Shown: positions 1 to 12,882, counted from the first letter of the stretch. The stretch is DNA of 64,000 nt from Hormiphora californensis (GCA_020137815.1 CM035354.1:8308001-8372000), one strand, 5' to 3'. A program made the numbers and translations. Notes: generated by a model from the letters alone, not told the origin.

Positions 1-1561
1 TGTCCCCCGAATACAGAGATGAGAAGGTTTGGAAAGGGCAGACTCCACTTGTTTAGTAGGAGATCGGTTAGATTGGCTATCTTCGTCTCAACATCACATC
101 TTAGATACTGAATGACTTTCGGTAAACGCGACGGGAACTATGTATGTAGTTGAAACGAGAAAAAAAACTAAGATTAAAGATTTCACAACCATCCCCCAAA
201 ATGTGGGATTCCCCCCCCCCTCCCAATTATGTGGGATCCCCCCCCCCCCAATTATGTGGGATCCCCCCCCCCTCCCAATTATGTGGGATCCCCCCTCCCA
301 ATTATGTGGGATTCCCCCCCCTCCAATTATGTGGGATTCCCCCCCCCCCCTCCCAAAATGTGGGATCCCCCCTCCCAAAATGTGGGATCCCCCCCCCTCC
401 CAATTATGTGGGACCAAACCGGAAAACTCACCAATGGAAGAATATCATTCTCAGCTGACATGAAGTTGATCTCTCCGTATGCATCAGTAGGTCGTTTAAC
501 AGTGTCTGTCTGGTAATTCCACTCTTCTGTTGAGGGTAGGCCCTCTCCCAGAGCATCTCTCTCATGATCCTCTCTCTCATAGCCACACTTGCACCTGTTA
601 GGAATGCTGGGTTATTGCCAGAATATAGGAATGATAACTGGGTGACAGGGAGCGAGAAGTTAAGATGTTGTGAGACAGAGAGGGTGAGAGAGAGGAAATG
701 GTTATAAGAGACATGACATTGATTGAACTGCAGATTAGGGGTTGCTAAGTCGGAATGAATCGCTATGAATCATATTTCCTGATATTCATTGGGCAATTAT
801 CTACTGATATCCGGAGTTTCAGCCCAAACGGTTGAGCCACTAAGGATCGCAAGCCACTTTTGTGACCCTTGTTTTTGCTGTTTATTGCAGTGCGCATGGG
901 TTGTATTCGTGCACATACGGTTGTATAGTATAAAATTGGGTCTTTATAGTCAAATATCGCTATGAATCATATTTCCTGTTATTTATTGGGTAATTATCTA
1001 CAGATATCCGGAGTTTCAGCCCAAACGGTTGAGCCACTAAGGATCGCAAGCCACTTTTGTGACCCTTGTTTTTGGTGAAAAATCGGGAAAAAATCGAAAA
1101 AAAATTTTAAAATTTTAAAATTTCAAAACACGGAAATTAGTTCATAGAACATCCCAATACATGTGCAAGACTTTAAAATTGAGTATTCAAAAATTTCAAC
1201 TTAGCAACCCCTACTGCAGATAGTGGTTATCGAGTTATCAAGTTCTGTTGGGGAATGGGACTCATGTCACACGAAAAAGGATTAATGAGGGGCGGAGGAA
1301 GACATCAGAGCAGCAAGTTAAAAAAAGTCCATTTATGGAAGGAAGAAAGCCCTGCCATTGTCTTCTACGTCTGCTTGAGGCTGGTTATGTGATCTGTACT
1401 CAGCGGGGCACGTGTTATTCATGGTCATTCAGTGGTTACCATGGTTACCAAGTTACTATGGTTACCTACCTGTTGATTTGCTCCTCGGTAACTGGTACAA
1501 ACTTGCAGCATTCTCTCCTTCTGTAGGTGTCAGTGATGTAGTACGGTGGCGGTCCTTTTGT
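1..1561 (-). CDS. TRPM: TRPM-family cation channel, N-terminal exons (1470-1561, 432-594, 1-107); continues off the window; first exon(s) upstream
   Basis: GT-AG exons splice in frame to TKGPPPYYITDTYRRRECCKFVP..R/CKCGYEREDH..EEWNYQTDTVKRPTDAYGEINF../YLRCDVETKIANLTDLLLNKWSLPFPNLLISVFGG. This matches the TRPM MHR1 motifs (RECxxF, CxCG, PTDAYGxIxF, WxLxxPxLLISVxGG). Confidence 0.92.
190..415. repeat. Intronic minisatellite, unit ~CCCAATTATGTGGGATCCCCCCC with variable C tract
   Basis: About 10 tandem copies visible. Confidence 0.95.
736..1213. mobile_element. hAT-type MITE in a TRPM intron
   Basis: 15-bp TIR TAGGGGTTGCTAAGT/ACTTAGCAACCCCTA; perfect 8-bp TSD CTGCAGAT (728-735, 1214-1221); internal ~115-bp direct duplication (760-876 / 957-1074). 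Confidence 0.9.
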
Positions 1562-1944
1562 CTGAAACAGTGAACATATAGTGTGCACATGACCTGCTGG
1601 ATTTATTTGTCACTGTGTCTCGCTGCATCAACTCAAAATAAAAGTGAAATAATTTTTGCTGTTCATCCCATTTTTAAAAGTTTAATAATAATTGATGAAC
1701 GACAGTGAATAGGACATTTTTCATACTGAACCAATGTTCAACCTCTCATTCAGTCACAGAATTTCATAAGAAGGCACACCTTCTTACTAAGTATTTACCA
1801 AACTACAACAAGCTGTTTTATATTTATTCATAGAGAATTTTCAAAGCTGTTCACTATGCTAGACGCCACCACTGTAAAACAGAGTACATAATAAGATCAC
1901 CACTAACATGACGTAAAACTAAAATCTCCCTTCCAAGAACCTAC

Positions 1945-2067
1945 CACTGTAGACTTGGTGCGTCTAACACTGCCAATAGTTCGGGAGAGAGAAGATGCGA
2001 CTGTAGCTGAGTTGAAGACTATGGCATCTCCTGAGGGAATCGAACCACGCCCATTCTTTTTACCCAT
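1945..2067 (-). CDS. Candidate alternative first coding exon of TRPM (MGKKNG...RRTKSTV, 41 aa)
   Basis: ATG to phase-0 donor GTAGGT, in frame with the exon starting at 1561. Confidence 0.55.
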
Positions 2068-2460
2068 CACACAGGGTACCACCACCAACTACTGTAGCAC
2101 TACCGGCTAGGAATAAAATAGAACTCAGTTGGAGGGGTGCAGATATATCATTGTTTTCTTCAAACCCGGTGAGAGAGAGGGTCGAGCAAGGCAAAGATAC
2201 CCTAGTATAGAACAGTGGCAACTGGGTAGACTGTATCCCTACCAATCAGAACAAACAACGAGAAAAGTACCAGTGATTTGAACTAATAAAGGCAAGTGGG
2301 GGACATAAAGCGACAAGATTGAGAGTGGAACTAGAAGAATGAACATGGTATAACTTCATTAGTCACCTGATACCACACCCCCCCCCCCCCACTGGAAATA
2401 ATGCCATCTGAGAGGTGCGATATAAATGGAGCATAGATCAGGGGATAGTTGTCAAAGTAC

Positions 2461-2527
<67 letters not shown>

Positions 2528-2560
2528 GAGGAGGAGAGAGAGAGAGAGAGAGAGAGAGAG
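2461..2560. repeat. (AG)n microsatellite, one of many (e.g. 20247-20292, 31208-31311, 33320-33446, 47010-47091, 61975-62083, 62820-62872)
   Basis: Direct inspection. Confidence 1.
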
Positions 2561-3567
2561 GGGGAACAAAGATCTGAAATTCAACAGATGTTCTGAGAAA
2601 CCAACATCTGTCTTCCTACATCTGCCCTCACTCCTCAATAGCATCACTGATATATAAAAGACGAATTTAACAGACGCGGTGATAACAAATAATGGTTCAT
2701 CACAACCAAGTAAAGGGCATACTATACACTACACACTACACTCACTATAGTACAAGACACAAGTGGGGGGGGGGGGGGGGGGTTCATGCTAAATGTAAAG
2801 GGTGGAAGTAGCCCCCCACAGTCACACACCGCATAATATACGGAGGGTACTTCCATGATACTTCCCCCCTCTCTCTGTGCCCAGGTGGGGTGAGTAACAA
2901 GGTCTCTCTTTCTCATTTAAACACTCTCTCATTCTATCTTCCAGCTTGTGTAGCTACTGCATTGCATGTAGAAGCTTTTCAATGCGAGCGGAAGCTGGGG
3001 ATAACCCGAACTCAGTCAAGAGGTCTGAGGTATCTAGGGTGGTTGTTATTCGACAGAACATGGCTCAATTCTAAATAGTGTGTGGGAGAGTGAACAAGGG
3101 AGGAAGAGAGAAGACGTATCAGATTGCAGAGAAAAGCTAATTACTGTTTTTTATTTCATATTTGAACAGCACAGGGGGTAAATGTTCTGTGGTTATCATT
3201 GCTCCCCGAGGATAAATTCGCCCAGAAATCCCCCTTGGAAACTTGAGGCAATTATAGGCAAGAGCAGAGGAACGACTGTAGTGCTGAAAGAAATCCATTT
3301 TCTTTTTGATTCTTTAGATAATCGATTTCCCCGACATCACGACGGATAATTACACACGTACATAATCCAGACATAATAAATCACTCACTAATTACAACAC
3401 AACACACACCTGGTAATAGCCCCTGAAGGGGGTCATCATTCTAAAGGAACAACGAGCCGACACTACCATATATGGAATAACTGACTAACTTCCACACTAC
3501 TTTCCATGCATGTCAGTTATTCCATAATGCACGCATACAGCTGCTTATTCATGTGCATGCAACTTAC

Positions 3568-3645
3568 CACTTCTCGTTCTGTTGCCGACCGGGAGATTGA
3601 TCTCTGGAACTGGCTGAAGGACGCCCTGACTTGGTCCACTACCAT
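3568..3645 (-). CDS. Candidate alternative first coding exon of TRPM (MVVDQV...SATEREV, 26 aa)
   Basis: ATG to phase-0 consensus donor GTAAGT. Confidence 0.55.
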
Positions 3646-5287
3646 TATGTTATGGTGCCGTCCAGGGGGGTGTCCTCTAGTTGGAGAGAAGCTAACTACA
3701 ATCTATACCAGAGAGGGGATGCCACGAGGTAAAGGGAAGCAGATATAGACAGTAAAAGTGAGTGTAAATTGGATTACTTGCAAGCAAACGAGGTATGCAT
3801 TTAGGAGGAACTAATAAGGGGTGGAAGATAGCGGGGGATACTTTGAGTGGGGTAGTTCCATGGAAGTACCGGTCTCAACAGCGGTATCAACATAATGTTT
3901 TATTCTCTATGTAGGAGCAGAAATAATACGAATGATTCATGTCCCAGTTCTGAGCCCAGGACTTTGTGTAGGTAGGACGTAGGTACCATATAATGGGATC
4001 ACATTACACATTCGGTTCCTGCATAAACCATGTCCATTAAATTAAGGTAAATTAAGTTTCAAACACAATGAAAAAGATCGCGATATTTACGGCATCGAGC
4101 TAAATATTTTGCAACTGCATTCTGCAACGATATATGGCACACAATCCAGGAAACATGTTGACAGGAGCCCTAAATTGGAAAAGCCAAAAGGAGTCAGAAG
4201 CACTTGAGTCCAAGAAAACTTGTCCGGGAAAAGCAGCAGAGGGAACAAAATGAATAAAGTCTGCGAGACTGTCGACAAGAGAAGTATTTAGCCGGATGGG
4301 ATGAAAGGAAGAGGGGGGATAATTGAGTGACTGTAGTGTACGCAGTGTCTGAAGTGACACATTGCTCTCGACCTTCTCTTCTCCTTGCATAAAAGTGACA
4401 CAGTGGCGTGTAAAGTGATATGTGTGCAGAGAAATGAATGAAACATTTCATGTTCCACTTCTACAAGTTCTTATCTTTCACTACACCCTCTCTCCCTTAT
4501 TCATTCTTTCTCCAATAGAGTTGTCTCGCAAGAGACTGTCCAGGGCAGTCTGCCCTCTCCGAACTGGGCTGGAGGGGGGATATGGCCCTATTATATGAGC
4601 AGAGGAGCTGAGGGTGTGCAGTAGCGTGAGTGAAGATACGGTAATGTAGCATGACAACAGTGTGTCCTTCAATCCCTCTATCTATCTCTATTCCTCTATC
4701 TATCTATCTCTCTATCTCTCTCACTAAAAAGTTTACAGTGGCAGTTTACACTCGCCATGAAGTAGGTAGAAAATTGCCCGGAACAAAATAATCACAGATC
4801 TTTACTCAGAATGAATTCCCTTCCGCGGAAACGCCAACAAAGCCCATAGCAGTGACCAAATATCAAGGCTCCAATTTCAAGTTCTACCTCTCTGCTGCTC
4901 TTACCAGACCAAGTTCAATATAGATGATTGTAGTTAAACAATGGGGCCGATACAAGCTAACAACAGTACGGTACGAGCTGGTCATGATCTTGGTATAGGT
5001 AGCACATATAACATGCCGTTCTATACACACAATAGCGACACACGCACAGGACATCAAGTCTACATAATTGATCATAATCCCATCATAATTTCAATAACCT
5101 ATTTTCAATATTACGGCATGAGAGTGAGAAATAGAGATGGATTTGATCTCTTTTTCTGAGTTGGTTGAAACAACTTGGAAAATACCTTGTTGAGTAAGAC
5201 CATACTTTAATATCTATCAGTGGAAGTTCCATTGGAACTACTTGGTTCAGAGGATGGAACATCTCGCAGTGCATTTACCTCGTCTTA

Positions 5288-5722
5288 GGCCGGGTCCAGA
5301 CGAGTGGTAGGTAGCTACTATGGTAGGCTACTATGGTAGATATCTACCACAGCTACCACTCGTCTGTACACCTATATCTACCATAAGCTACTATGGTAGG
5401 CGGTTATAGGTCGAGGTATTACCGCCTACTATAGTAGCTTACCATAGTAGGCTACTATAGTAGGTGGTCACTCGTCTGTTCACCCTCTGACCGCCTACCA
5501 TTGTAACTTGTTATCACATCTTTCTGCATGGGGCATAAGAAATTTGATACCCCGATGATTACAGAAGTATCATGGTAGATGTGTCAGAGGGTGGCCAGAC
5601 GAGTGGTAGCTAGCCTACCATAGTAGCTTTACTACCACTCGTCTGGACAGTTCCCAGCTACTATGGTAGCTTACTATGGTAGCCTACCATAGTAGCTACC
5701 TACCACTCGTCTGGACCCGGCC
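5288..5722. mobile_element. PIF/Harbinger (Tourist-like) foldback MITE
   Basis: Long TIR GGCCGGGTCCAGACGAGTGGTAGGTAGCTACTATGG; TTA TSD on both sides; internal subrepeats. Confidence 0.9.
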
Positions 5723-5821
5723 TTATTGGGAGTCTCACAGTCCCCCCCCCCCCCCGGCCGGGGACGAACCATTAAAATTTACACTTCGAATTATTATATT
5801 TTTCAATATTGTTCAAATAAC

Positions 5822-6236
5822 TTGTTGAGTAAGGGGTGAGTAAGAGGTGGCTTAGGCCGGGTCCAGACGAGTGGTAGGTAGCTACTATGGCAGGGTGCTA
5901 TAGTAGATATCTACCACACCTACCACTCGTCTGGACACTTATATCTACCATTGCAGGGTGTTACACCTCGGCCGGCAGGGTGCAAGAGTAGGGTGTCACT
6001 CGTCTGGACAGCCTCTGACAACCTACCATTGCAACTTTACCTCTATGGGGCATGAGAAATTTGATACCCCCGATGATTGATTTGTGTCAGAGGGTGTCCA
6101 GACGAGTGGTAGATGGCTTACTATGGTAGCTTAGCTACCACTCGTCTGGACAGTACCCACCTGCCATAGCACCCTGCCATAGCACCCTGCCATAGTAGCT
6201 ACCTACCACTCGTCTGGACCCGGCCTTACTCAACAA
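5822..6236. mobile_element. Miniature TIR element TTGTTGAGTAAG...CTTACTCAACAA, host of the nested MITE
   Basis: 12-bp TIR; 8-bp TSD CAAATAAC (5814-5821, 6237-6244). Confidence 0.75.
5855..6225. mobile_element. Second Harbinger-like MITE of the same family, nested in a tiny TIR element
   Basis: Same TIR as 5288-5722; TTA TSD (5852-5854, 6226-6228); divergent interior. Confidence 0.9.
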
Positions 6237-6258
6237 CAAATAACAAGGATTTACTAAC

Positions 6259-6330
6259 CCTGGATAATCGTTGTCGTATCCTGTCTCTCATTCTCTGCCT
6301 CTCCCCAGTCGAGGTTCGGCTACGTGACAT
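6259..6330 (-). CDS. Candidate alternative first coding exon of TRPM (MSRSRT...RQRLSR, 24 aa)
   Basis: Acceptor CTTTCTAG near 6365, in-frame stop upstream of the ATG, phase-0 donor GTTAGT. Confidence 0.5.
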
Positions 6331-7174
6331 CCTTCCAATTTAACCACTCTTTCACATCATTGGCCTAGAAAGGAGAGAGAGAGGGGGTTTAGAGGACAAT
6401 AGAAGTTCAAAAACTTCACGTCAAAGAAAGGCTATCATAATATGATGATTCATATCATCCGATCTGAGCACCCTAAATGGCACCGCCAGACAGTCACAGA
6501 GTGTACGGCTAAAGTGAGAGTAAAGGATCTGATCCCCATCTGATCTCAATTGCAGACACACCTGCTGAGTGCTGACATGATCATGATAGTACACGATAAA
6601 ACTAAACACTGTGGCTAAACAACGAAGAATACTCTTATCAGACAGCCCCCTCAGGCCTCAACCAAAACTACTAAACTACACTTTCTATTTCTGAGGCACA
6701 CAGTGTATTAATTCGAGCATACTATCTCCACTCACCTACAGCTTCTGCAGAGAGAGGGAGTCATAAGTCATTAGATACCTCTCATCACCTCCTCCCGGCT
6801 TTCTGAACTCTCGGTAGTTCTGCTGAAGTTGTATATGAAGCCCGCACTTTCTCTAACACACAGTGAGCTGTACATGGTGGTATCTCGTGTCATGTCTGTA
6901 GCTAAGGAGGGTGTTGTTCATGTGGTGACAGGAATGAACATTGGGTTGTTAGTGGGGAAGGAGTATAACAAAGGGGGTAGAAAGTATACTTGCTTTTGGG
7001 GAGAACTGGAAAATTAGAAAGTACGCTGTCAGCATATTACATATATCCAACCCTATATTCCTAGCATATATATATTGGGGTTATATTAGCACATAATATC
7101 CCAGTATAGCCCAATTAGTGACTGAAACACGTACACTGCAGTAATTTTGTCCTTTCCATTTCCCTCTCTCACTC

Positions 7175-7600
7175 GGAAACTCCCTGTCAGGCCAATGCTC
7201 TGACAGGAAACTACCCAACTTCTTCCTTCTCATTACCAAACCTCTTGATCTCAAGATTGATCATCAGTTCACTCAACAATGATCAACAATCACTGATTGG
7301 GCTCAGAGCATACTGATTGAATCAGCATGCTCTGAGCCCTGATCGTGTATTGCACCTCCCAGACAATCTGATATCAAAAACCAGCTAAAGCTGCAGAGAT
7401 ATGTTCTGAAGAAGCCACATTCCACCAGCAACTATGTGATGTGAGTAGCGCATAACCAGTGTGTGACAGTTTGTTGTGATGTGTTATGTGATCAGTTCTC
7501 CAGACGAGATCCTGATCAGTTGAAGACGTATCCAATGGCCTCTACGACATCGAACCCAATTAGAAGTAACAAGGGGTAGTGACGTAGAGATATAAAACCC
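7175..7600 (+). promoter_or_regulatory. Putative promoter of the Pim-like kinase
   Basis: TATAAAA near 7591; half-CRE TGACGT at 7580; kappaB-like GGAAACTCCC 7175-7184; palindromic motifs at 7186-7206 and 7299-7339. Confidence 0.5.
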
Positions 7601-7632
7601 GGACAAGGGCCCACTTCCATATCACTTCCAAC

Positions 7633-8496
7633 ATGTTTTCTGCTATCAAGAACTTCCTCTTTCCTACCCCGCTCACCACCCACTTTGATGTCCTCCAGAA
7701 GCTTGGATCCGGCGGCTACGGAAGGGTCTACCTGGCGAGGAGAAAGGACGACGAGACTGTAGTTGCTGTGAAGAAGATGAAACAGGGCAAAGTGAAGGAG
7801 TACGTGAACACTCAGACAGGAGCTATACCTCTCGAAATCTACATCTCCATGTCCCTGGACCACAAGAATATTGTTCGAGCATGCGGCTTCCTGAAGAGCA
7901 AGGGATCCTGGTGCCTAGTCATGGAACATCTCCCCGGATACCTAGACCTGACCTCCTACATTCAGCTGAATTCCTATCTCTCCCACCATACCGCCAGGAC
8001 TATCTTCATCCAGACCTACCGGGCCCTGACCTACTGCTTCCGAAGGGGAATCGCCCACCGAGACATCAAAACAGACAACCTTCTAGTGCACTGGGAGACG
8101 AATGATGTGAAGCTGATTGATTTTGGAGCCTCGACCTTTATCAGATCCGACCAAAGCCAGATCAGGGATCACCGGGGAACTGACATCTTCATCCCTCCTG
8201 AGTTCTTTACCACTGGAACCTACGATCCCCTGAGAGGGACTGTGTGGGCCCTGGGCTGTCTCCTATACTGCATGGTCTATGGAGAGGTACCCTTCCTGAA
8301 TCCTGACGAGGTGGTCTACAAGGTCCTGGATGATATGGCGATACCCAGCCCTAGCAGGGAACCAGGGGCACACTACTGCATGGACCTCATTGACCGGTGT
8401 CTAGAGAAGAGTGAGGATGAGAGGATCAGTTACCGAGAGATCAGCCATCACCCCTGGATCACCCGGAACTACCCAGCCCTCCCAGAGATTGTTTGA
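7633..8496 (+). CDS. Intronless Pim-like Ser/Thr kinase (CAMK group), 287 aa
   Basis: GSGGYG, VAVK, PLEI, HRDIKTDN, IDFG, PPEF and TVWALG (Pim-type loss of the subdomain IX Asp), HPW. Confidence 0.92.
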   Translation: MFSAIKNFLFPTPLTTHFDVLQKLGSGGYGRVYLARRKDDETVVAVKKMKQGKVKEYVNTQTGAIPLEIYISMSLDHKNIVRACGFLKSKGSWCLVMEHLPGYLDLTSYIQLNSYLSHHTARTIFIQTYRALTYCFRRGIAHRDIKTDNLLVHWETNDVKLIDFGASTFIRSDQSQIRDHRGTDIFIPPEFFTTGTYDPLRGTVWALGCLLYCMVYGEVPFLNPDEVVYKVLDDMAIPSPSREPGAHYCMDLIDRCLEKSEDERISYREISHHPWITRNYPALPEIV

Positions 8497-8869
8497 TTTG
8501 AGTTGTGTTATATTATTATTTGGGTCATATTGATCTTAAACTTAATAACTGCGTTTGACATGTGTCTAAGTTATCCCTCCCACCCGGCTCGATAAGTGTT
8601 GCTGTCAGGTTCTGCTTGAACAAATCTCCTAATACGGAATTGAATAGTTGTTGATACCCGTCCTCTTTAGAGTGAGGAAATGATAATAATTCAGATAAAA
8701 CAAATTAAATTGTGGGGCAGTATGGATGGCAATCCAAACCTGAATACATGTGACAAATACAACACACTCCTATACGGCACGGTATATATCCAAATCTCTA
8801 GTTGTGCATGTAATGCAAGTCATGTCCTAACTGTCTCTCTCTCTCTCTATACACATATTCCGATATATC

Positions 8870-10848
8870 TCAGTCTGTTGGCACGACATACCGTCCCTGG
8901 AAGAGCACCAGACCATCACATTTGTGGTAAATATAAAACACAAAGGGGGTATTGAAACTAACTGTCCTTGAGCTCCGTTCCGTCCACACTCCCCCACTAG
9001 CCCCCGTGCTCTCCGTTCCTTCCTCCGTCAGCTCAATGACAGCCTTGTGGTAGATATTACTGACATAAAGGGGCAGGCCCTCCCCTGCAAAGTTGGAGAA
9101 GTCAGCCCGGGGGGACAGGATGAGGGAGAGACCCGTCTCAGGGGTGAAGATCTCTCTAAGATCTTTGTTGTACTCCATTTTGAAGCGCGGGAAATCCAGG
9201 CTGACGGGTCCTGTTTTCAGTCGTGATCTGATGGATAGGATGCCTTGATCGGACACAAAGTTCTCAATGTGTTCCAAGTTGTTGTAGTACTGGCTGCTGG
9301 CTGAGTATTTGATAGCCAGGAGACTGTACTCCTCAGAGGCATAGGGTAGGTCCACAGCTACCACTCCAAGACTACCAGAGTCCGTAGTGGGTACTTCCAA
9401 CCATTCTCGAGAGAAGTTGGCGTCTATCTTCATGAACCTGGTCTGAGGGAGGGGAGAGGGTTAGAATGGTGATGAGGACTGGCCTGAGGGAGGGGAGAGG
9501 GTTAGAATGTTGATGAGGAGTATTGAGGAACAATGTCCCTACTCTGAAACTAGAACATCTCACACACGGAGTTCAAGACACTTACATTTCTCCTAGTCCG
9601 GGGTCCACTAAAGAACATTCCGGAGTAAGACTGAGTCTTATCAAACTTGTTCTTCCAATCATCTTTGAAGGTGATAGTGTTCACGACTACCACTTTAGTT
9701 CCAGAGTTAATGGAACCATCGTCAGGGAAGAGATCTCCAATCATTCCACGGGTTTTGAACTTTACAATCTTATTGACTCTCTTCCTCGCTTTGTCAGGTT
9801 TCCCAACAAAGTTGCAGTTATAGAAGTCAGCCTTGTAGTAGTATTTAGCCTCCTCCTGATACTTATCAAACTCCCGTTTATATTCTCCCGAGATAAAGAA
9901 ATCATTTGTGATGTTCAGTTTCCTGTTCTTGTACTGGTCCAGTGCATCTGATACACACTTGGCAGCGTTGTGGATGTCTATGTTGTGAGATACCATGGCA
10001 CTTTCTAGATCTGACTTTGTCTGGCCTGTGTGGGAGTTGTTGTTATTCATTCAATTTAACAATATGAACATCAGGGGGGGTCAATATGGGAGGGCCCTGG
10101 GTCAATATCGGCAAGAAGTCTGGACACAACAACCTGTGTGGGAGATGTTACTATTATTACTATTATTACTAATATTATAGTCAACAATATAAGGATTTAG
10201 AGGGTGTGAGAATGTCGTCTAGAAGTCTGGTCATAGCAAGATATTTATTGAGTCATATACGCGGTATAAGTTGGGGAAAGGGGGTTTGGAAAGGACCCAA
10301 GTTTAGATCACGTAATTACTGGACAGTTAGTGGGGGTTAGGATAGTGTTTAATCTTGGCTCCTAGCCAAGAAACATGACGGGGTCTGGGTTTCAACCTAG
10401 AAAACAAAGCAAAATCACGACATGAAGTCGCAAGAAACACTGACCGTTTGCGGCGAGCAAGATTAGTTGAAGGATGTTGGAGATGCTGTGTGGTGATATA
10501 AACACATTCTTATCTTTTCTACCCATCTCCTTGACAAGGAGGGTCGTCAGACGCTGGCTACCACTTGTCAAAACACACTTCTCCTCTTGTACCTGTGTGA
10601 CGGGTTGAGTAGTTAACAAGGACACAAGGGAAAGTGGGTTATAGTGGAAACAATGAGTTGAGAAACAATGAAAACAAATGATAACCAAGTCTCTGACAAT
10701 GGTTTGTTGAGTGTGTCAATTAGGGATATCTTAGTCTTACCTGGAACAGAGAATCTGTTAAACAACAACTCTTAGGGCATTCCTTTGATTCCAAAATCTG
10801 TTCTGAGAAAGCAAACAGCAACGTCGCAAGGAATATCCTCGGGTTCAT
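8870..10848 (-). CDS. Secreted serpin, 4 exons (10741-10848, 10445-10592, 9586-10025, 8870-9442)
   Basis: Signal-like MNPRIFLATLLFAFS; NVFISPHSI; VNTITFKDDW; FPRFKME; HKAVIELTEEGTE; FNTPFVFYI; LFQGR; all intron phases compatible. Confidence 0.93.
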
Positions 10849-12677
10849 TTTGGTTCTAAAAGTCTTTGTTAGGGGGTTAAAGGTAATGCTGGCTAATTGG
10901 AATAGTAAGAGCTGGAAGCTCAACAAGCATCGACCGCAACAGACAAAAAATAATTTCCTAGAATATCATCCCGACGATTTCTAGGAAGAATTAGAAAATT
11001 TCGGCCAATCACTATTCGCCTCAAAGGGTTAAACAACTGCTGAAGGATATGTGATAATACCACTGAAATGGCGAATATATATTTATAATTTAACGAGGTC
11101 GCTGCTAAAAAGTGTTGGAGGAAAACAAGCTAAAGACGGGTTCCCAAGTTGCAGCCCTGAAGTGATACCCACTAGACAGGGTCTAATCCAATAGAGGAAA
11201 TGGAGAGGGAGAGGAGGGTGCACATAGACTGATGGGCGGGGCTCAGAGCTATCAGTCCATCTAGCGATATAGCTTTAACTACGTTTACTCGTAGGAACAA
11301 AAATATAAACCGCTCATCCCTAGCAGAGAGATGGGAGAGGGAGAAAAGAATGAATTGAGAAGATGTTAGAAAAATAGAAGACAGCTGTAAATCGAATTAA
11401 AGTAGAGCGTATGAACAAGAGAAAATCATTCTTTAAATTAGGTCTCAGCCGATAGGGTTTTCACAAAAAACATAGGTGGGAGCTCAGGTGAGAGATCGTT
11501 AGTTATAGCTGCTCTGCAAATGAGGGGGAAGGAAGTTGTTTTCAATATTCCAGCTGAAGACCACTACAACGACCGCTTTCTAACCAGTTGCATTTTATAT
11601 TTTAAATCGGGGTCCGACTGTATTTGTGTTTCTCCTAGATGTATTAGTTAGCTACTTATCTGTATGATTTATTCTAACCAAATGTGTTGTAGGATGCTTA
11701 TTGCATTGGGGAAATGAGCCATTCGAATTAAATTCAACTGTGGTGGCAATGCCACAGCCCCAAAAGTCACCGTGTTTTCTTGAATAATATCACGATCAAC
11801 ATCAGGGATATTTTAATAGCAATCGAAACGTTACTAAAGGCACTCTCTTTACAGTTACAAAGATAGGAGGATCTTTAAATAGATCCTGGCTCCAGTTTAC
11901 TTAACACTTCTGCATATTAAAGTTACTGGAAAAGTGCAAATTAGAGTGGGCGTGGGACTCTCACTTAGCAGCGTTTCACTCCCTAACTCTATAAGACACG
12001 CCTAGTGCGGTAGCTTTCCAATATGAAACGGAATGCATTTCATAAATCATAACACATTCAATGCAAAAGTGATATCGTAAATCCGATCGTTTGCTGCAGA
12101 ATCCCTCTCTCCGGGCCTGGCAAGAGCGGTCCCATTCAGTTAAAAGTACAAGTAAATTGTAAAATAGAAGGATATAAACATGAGGAGTGGCCCTTGCACG
12201 TTGTGAGAATGGTGATAAGATAACATTAGGGTACGTGACTTATTAGATTAGGTACCTTAAGGTTACCTTAAGGTTACAGCCGGTCATGTCAACAAGGACC
12301 CATGCCTAGGATATATGAATGGTTAAGTCGACAATATAATGTAGGATTTATCAGCTAGGACAGGGCCATATTAATCGGTGGGAACCGGGCCACGCCTAGG
12401 AATAATCACTAGCAATTCTCTTTCCCACGGTCACCTCTCAAATTAGACGGGGTATGTAGACTGGTTCAGTGACTGACTGGTCGAGTCTAGTCCGTACCAA
12501 TGAAGATGGAGGGGAAGAGAGCACACTTTTTGATAAAAACAAGGATATTATAATGCAGAAACGTAATATGAGTATACTTGGAGTTTGCTGCTCAAACGGG
12601 CACGTAGAGTTTGTTCCTAAACCGTTCTCGCTTTCACTGAGAGAGTTGAATATGAACAAGGTACAAACTGTCAGGCC

Positions 12678-12702
12678 TTGTTGAGTAAGGGGTACTCAAC
12701 AA
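12678..12702. mobile_element. 25-bp minimal copy of the TTGTTGAGTA TIR element
   Basis: TTGTTGAGTAAGGGGTACTCAACAA flanked by GTCAGGCC / GTCAGGCT (7/8 TSD match). Confidence 0.65.
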
Positions 12703-12882
12703 GTCAGGCTAATGTTGGGACCGTGGTCCTCGCGCCCTCTGATAGGGTACTACTACTAGCTAGACCCTCGAGTGTCGAGGAGGCGTGATAAATATAGCCC
12801 TCCAACGTGAGGGGAATTGTGTTGCCACTTGAAGATTATTATTTTATGCATTATTATTATCATGCATAACGATAAGAGCATA

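Noticed and set aside
94-516. Pro-rich ORFs in several frames
   Set aside because: Translations of an intronic minisatellite
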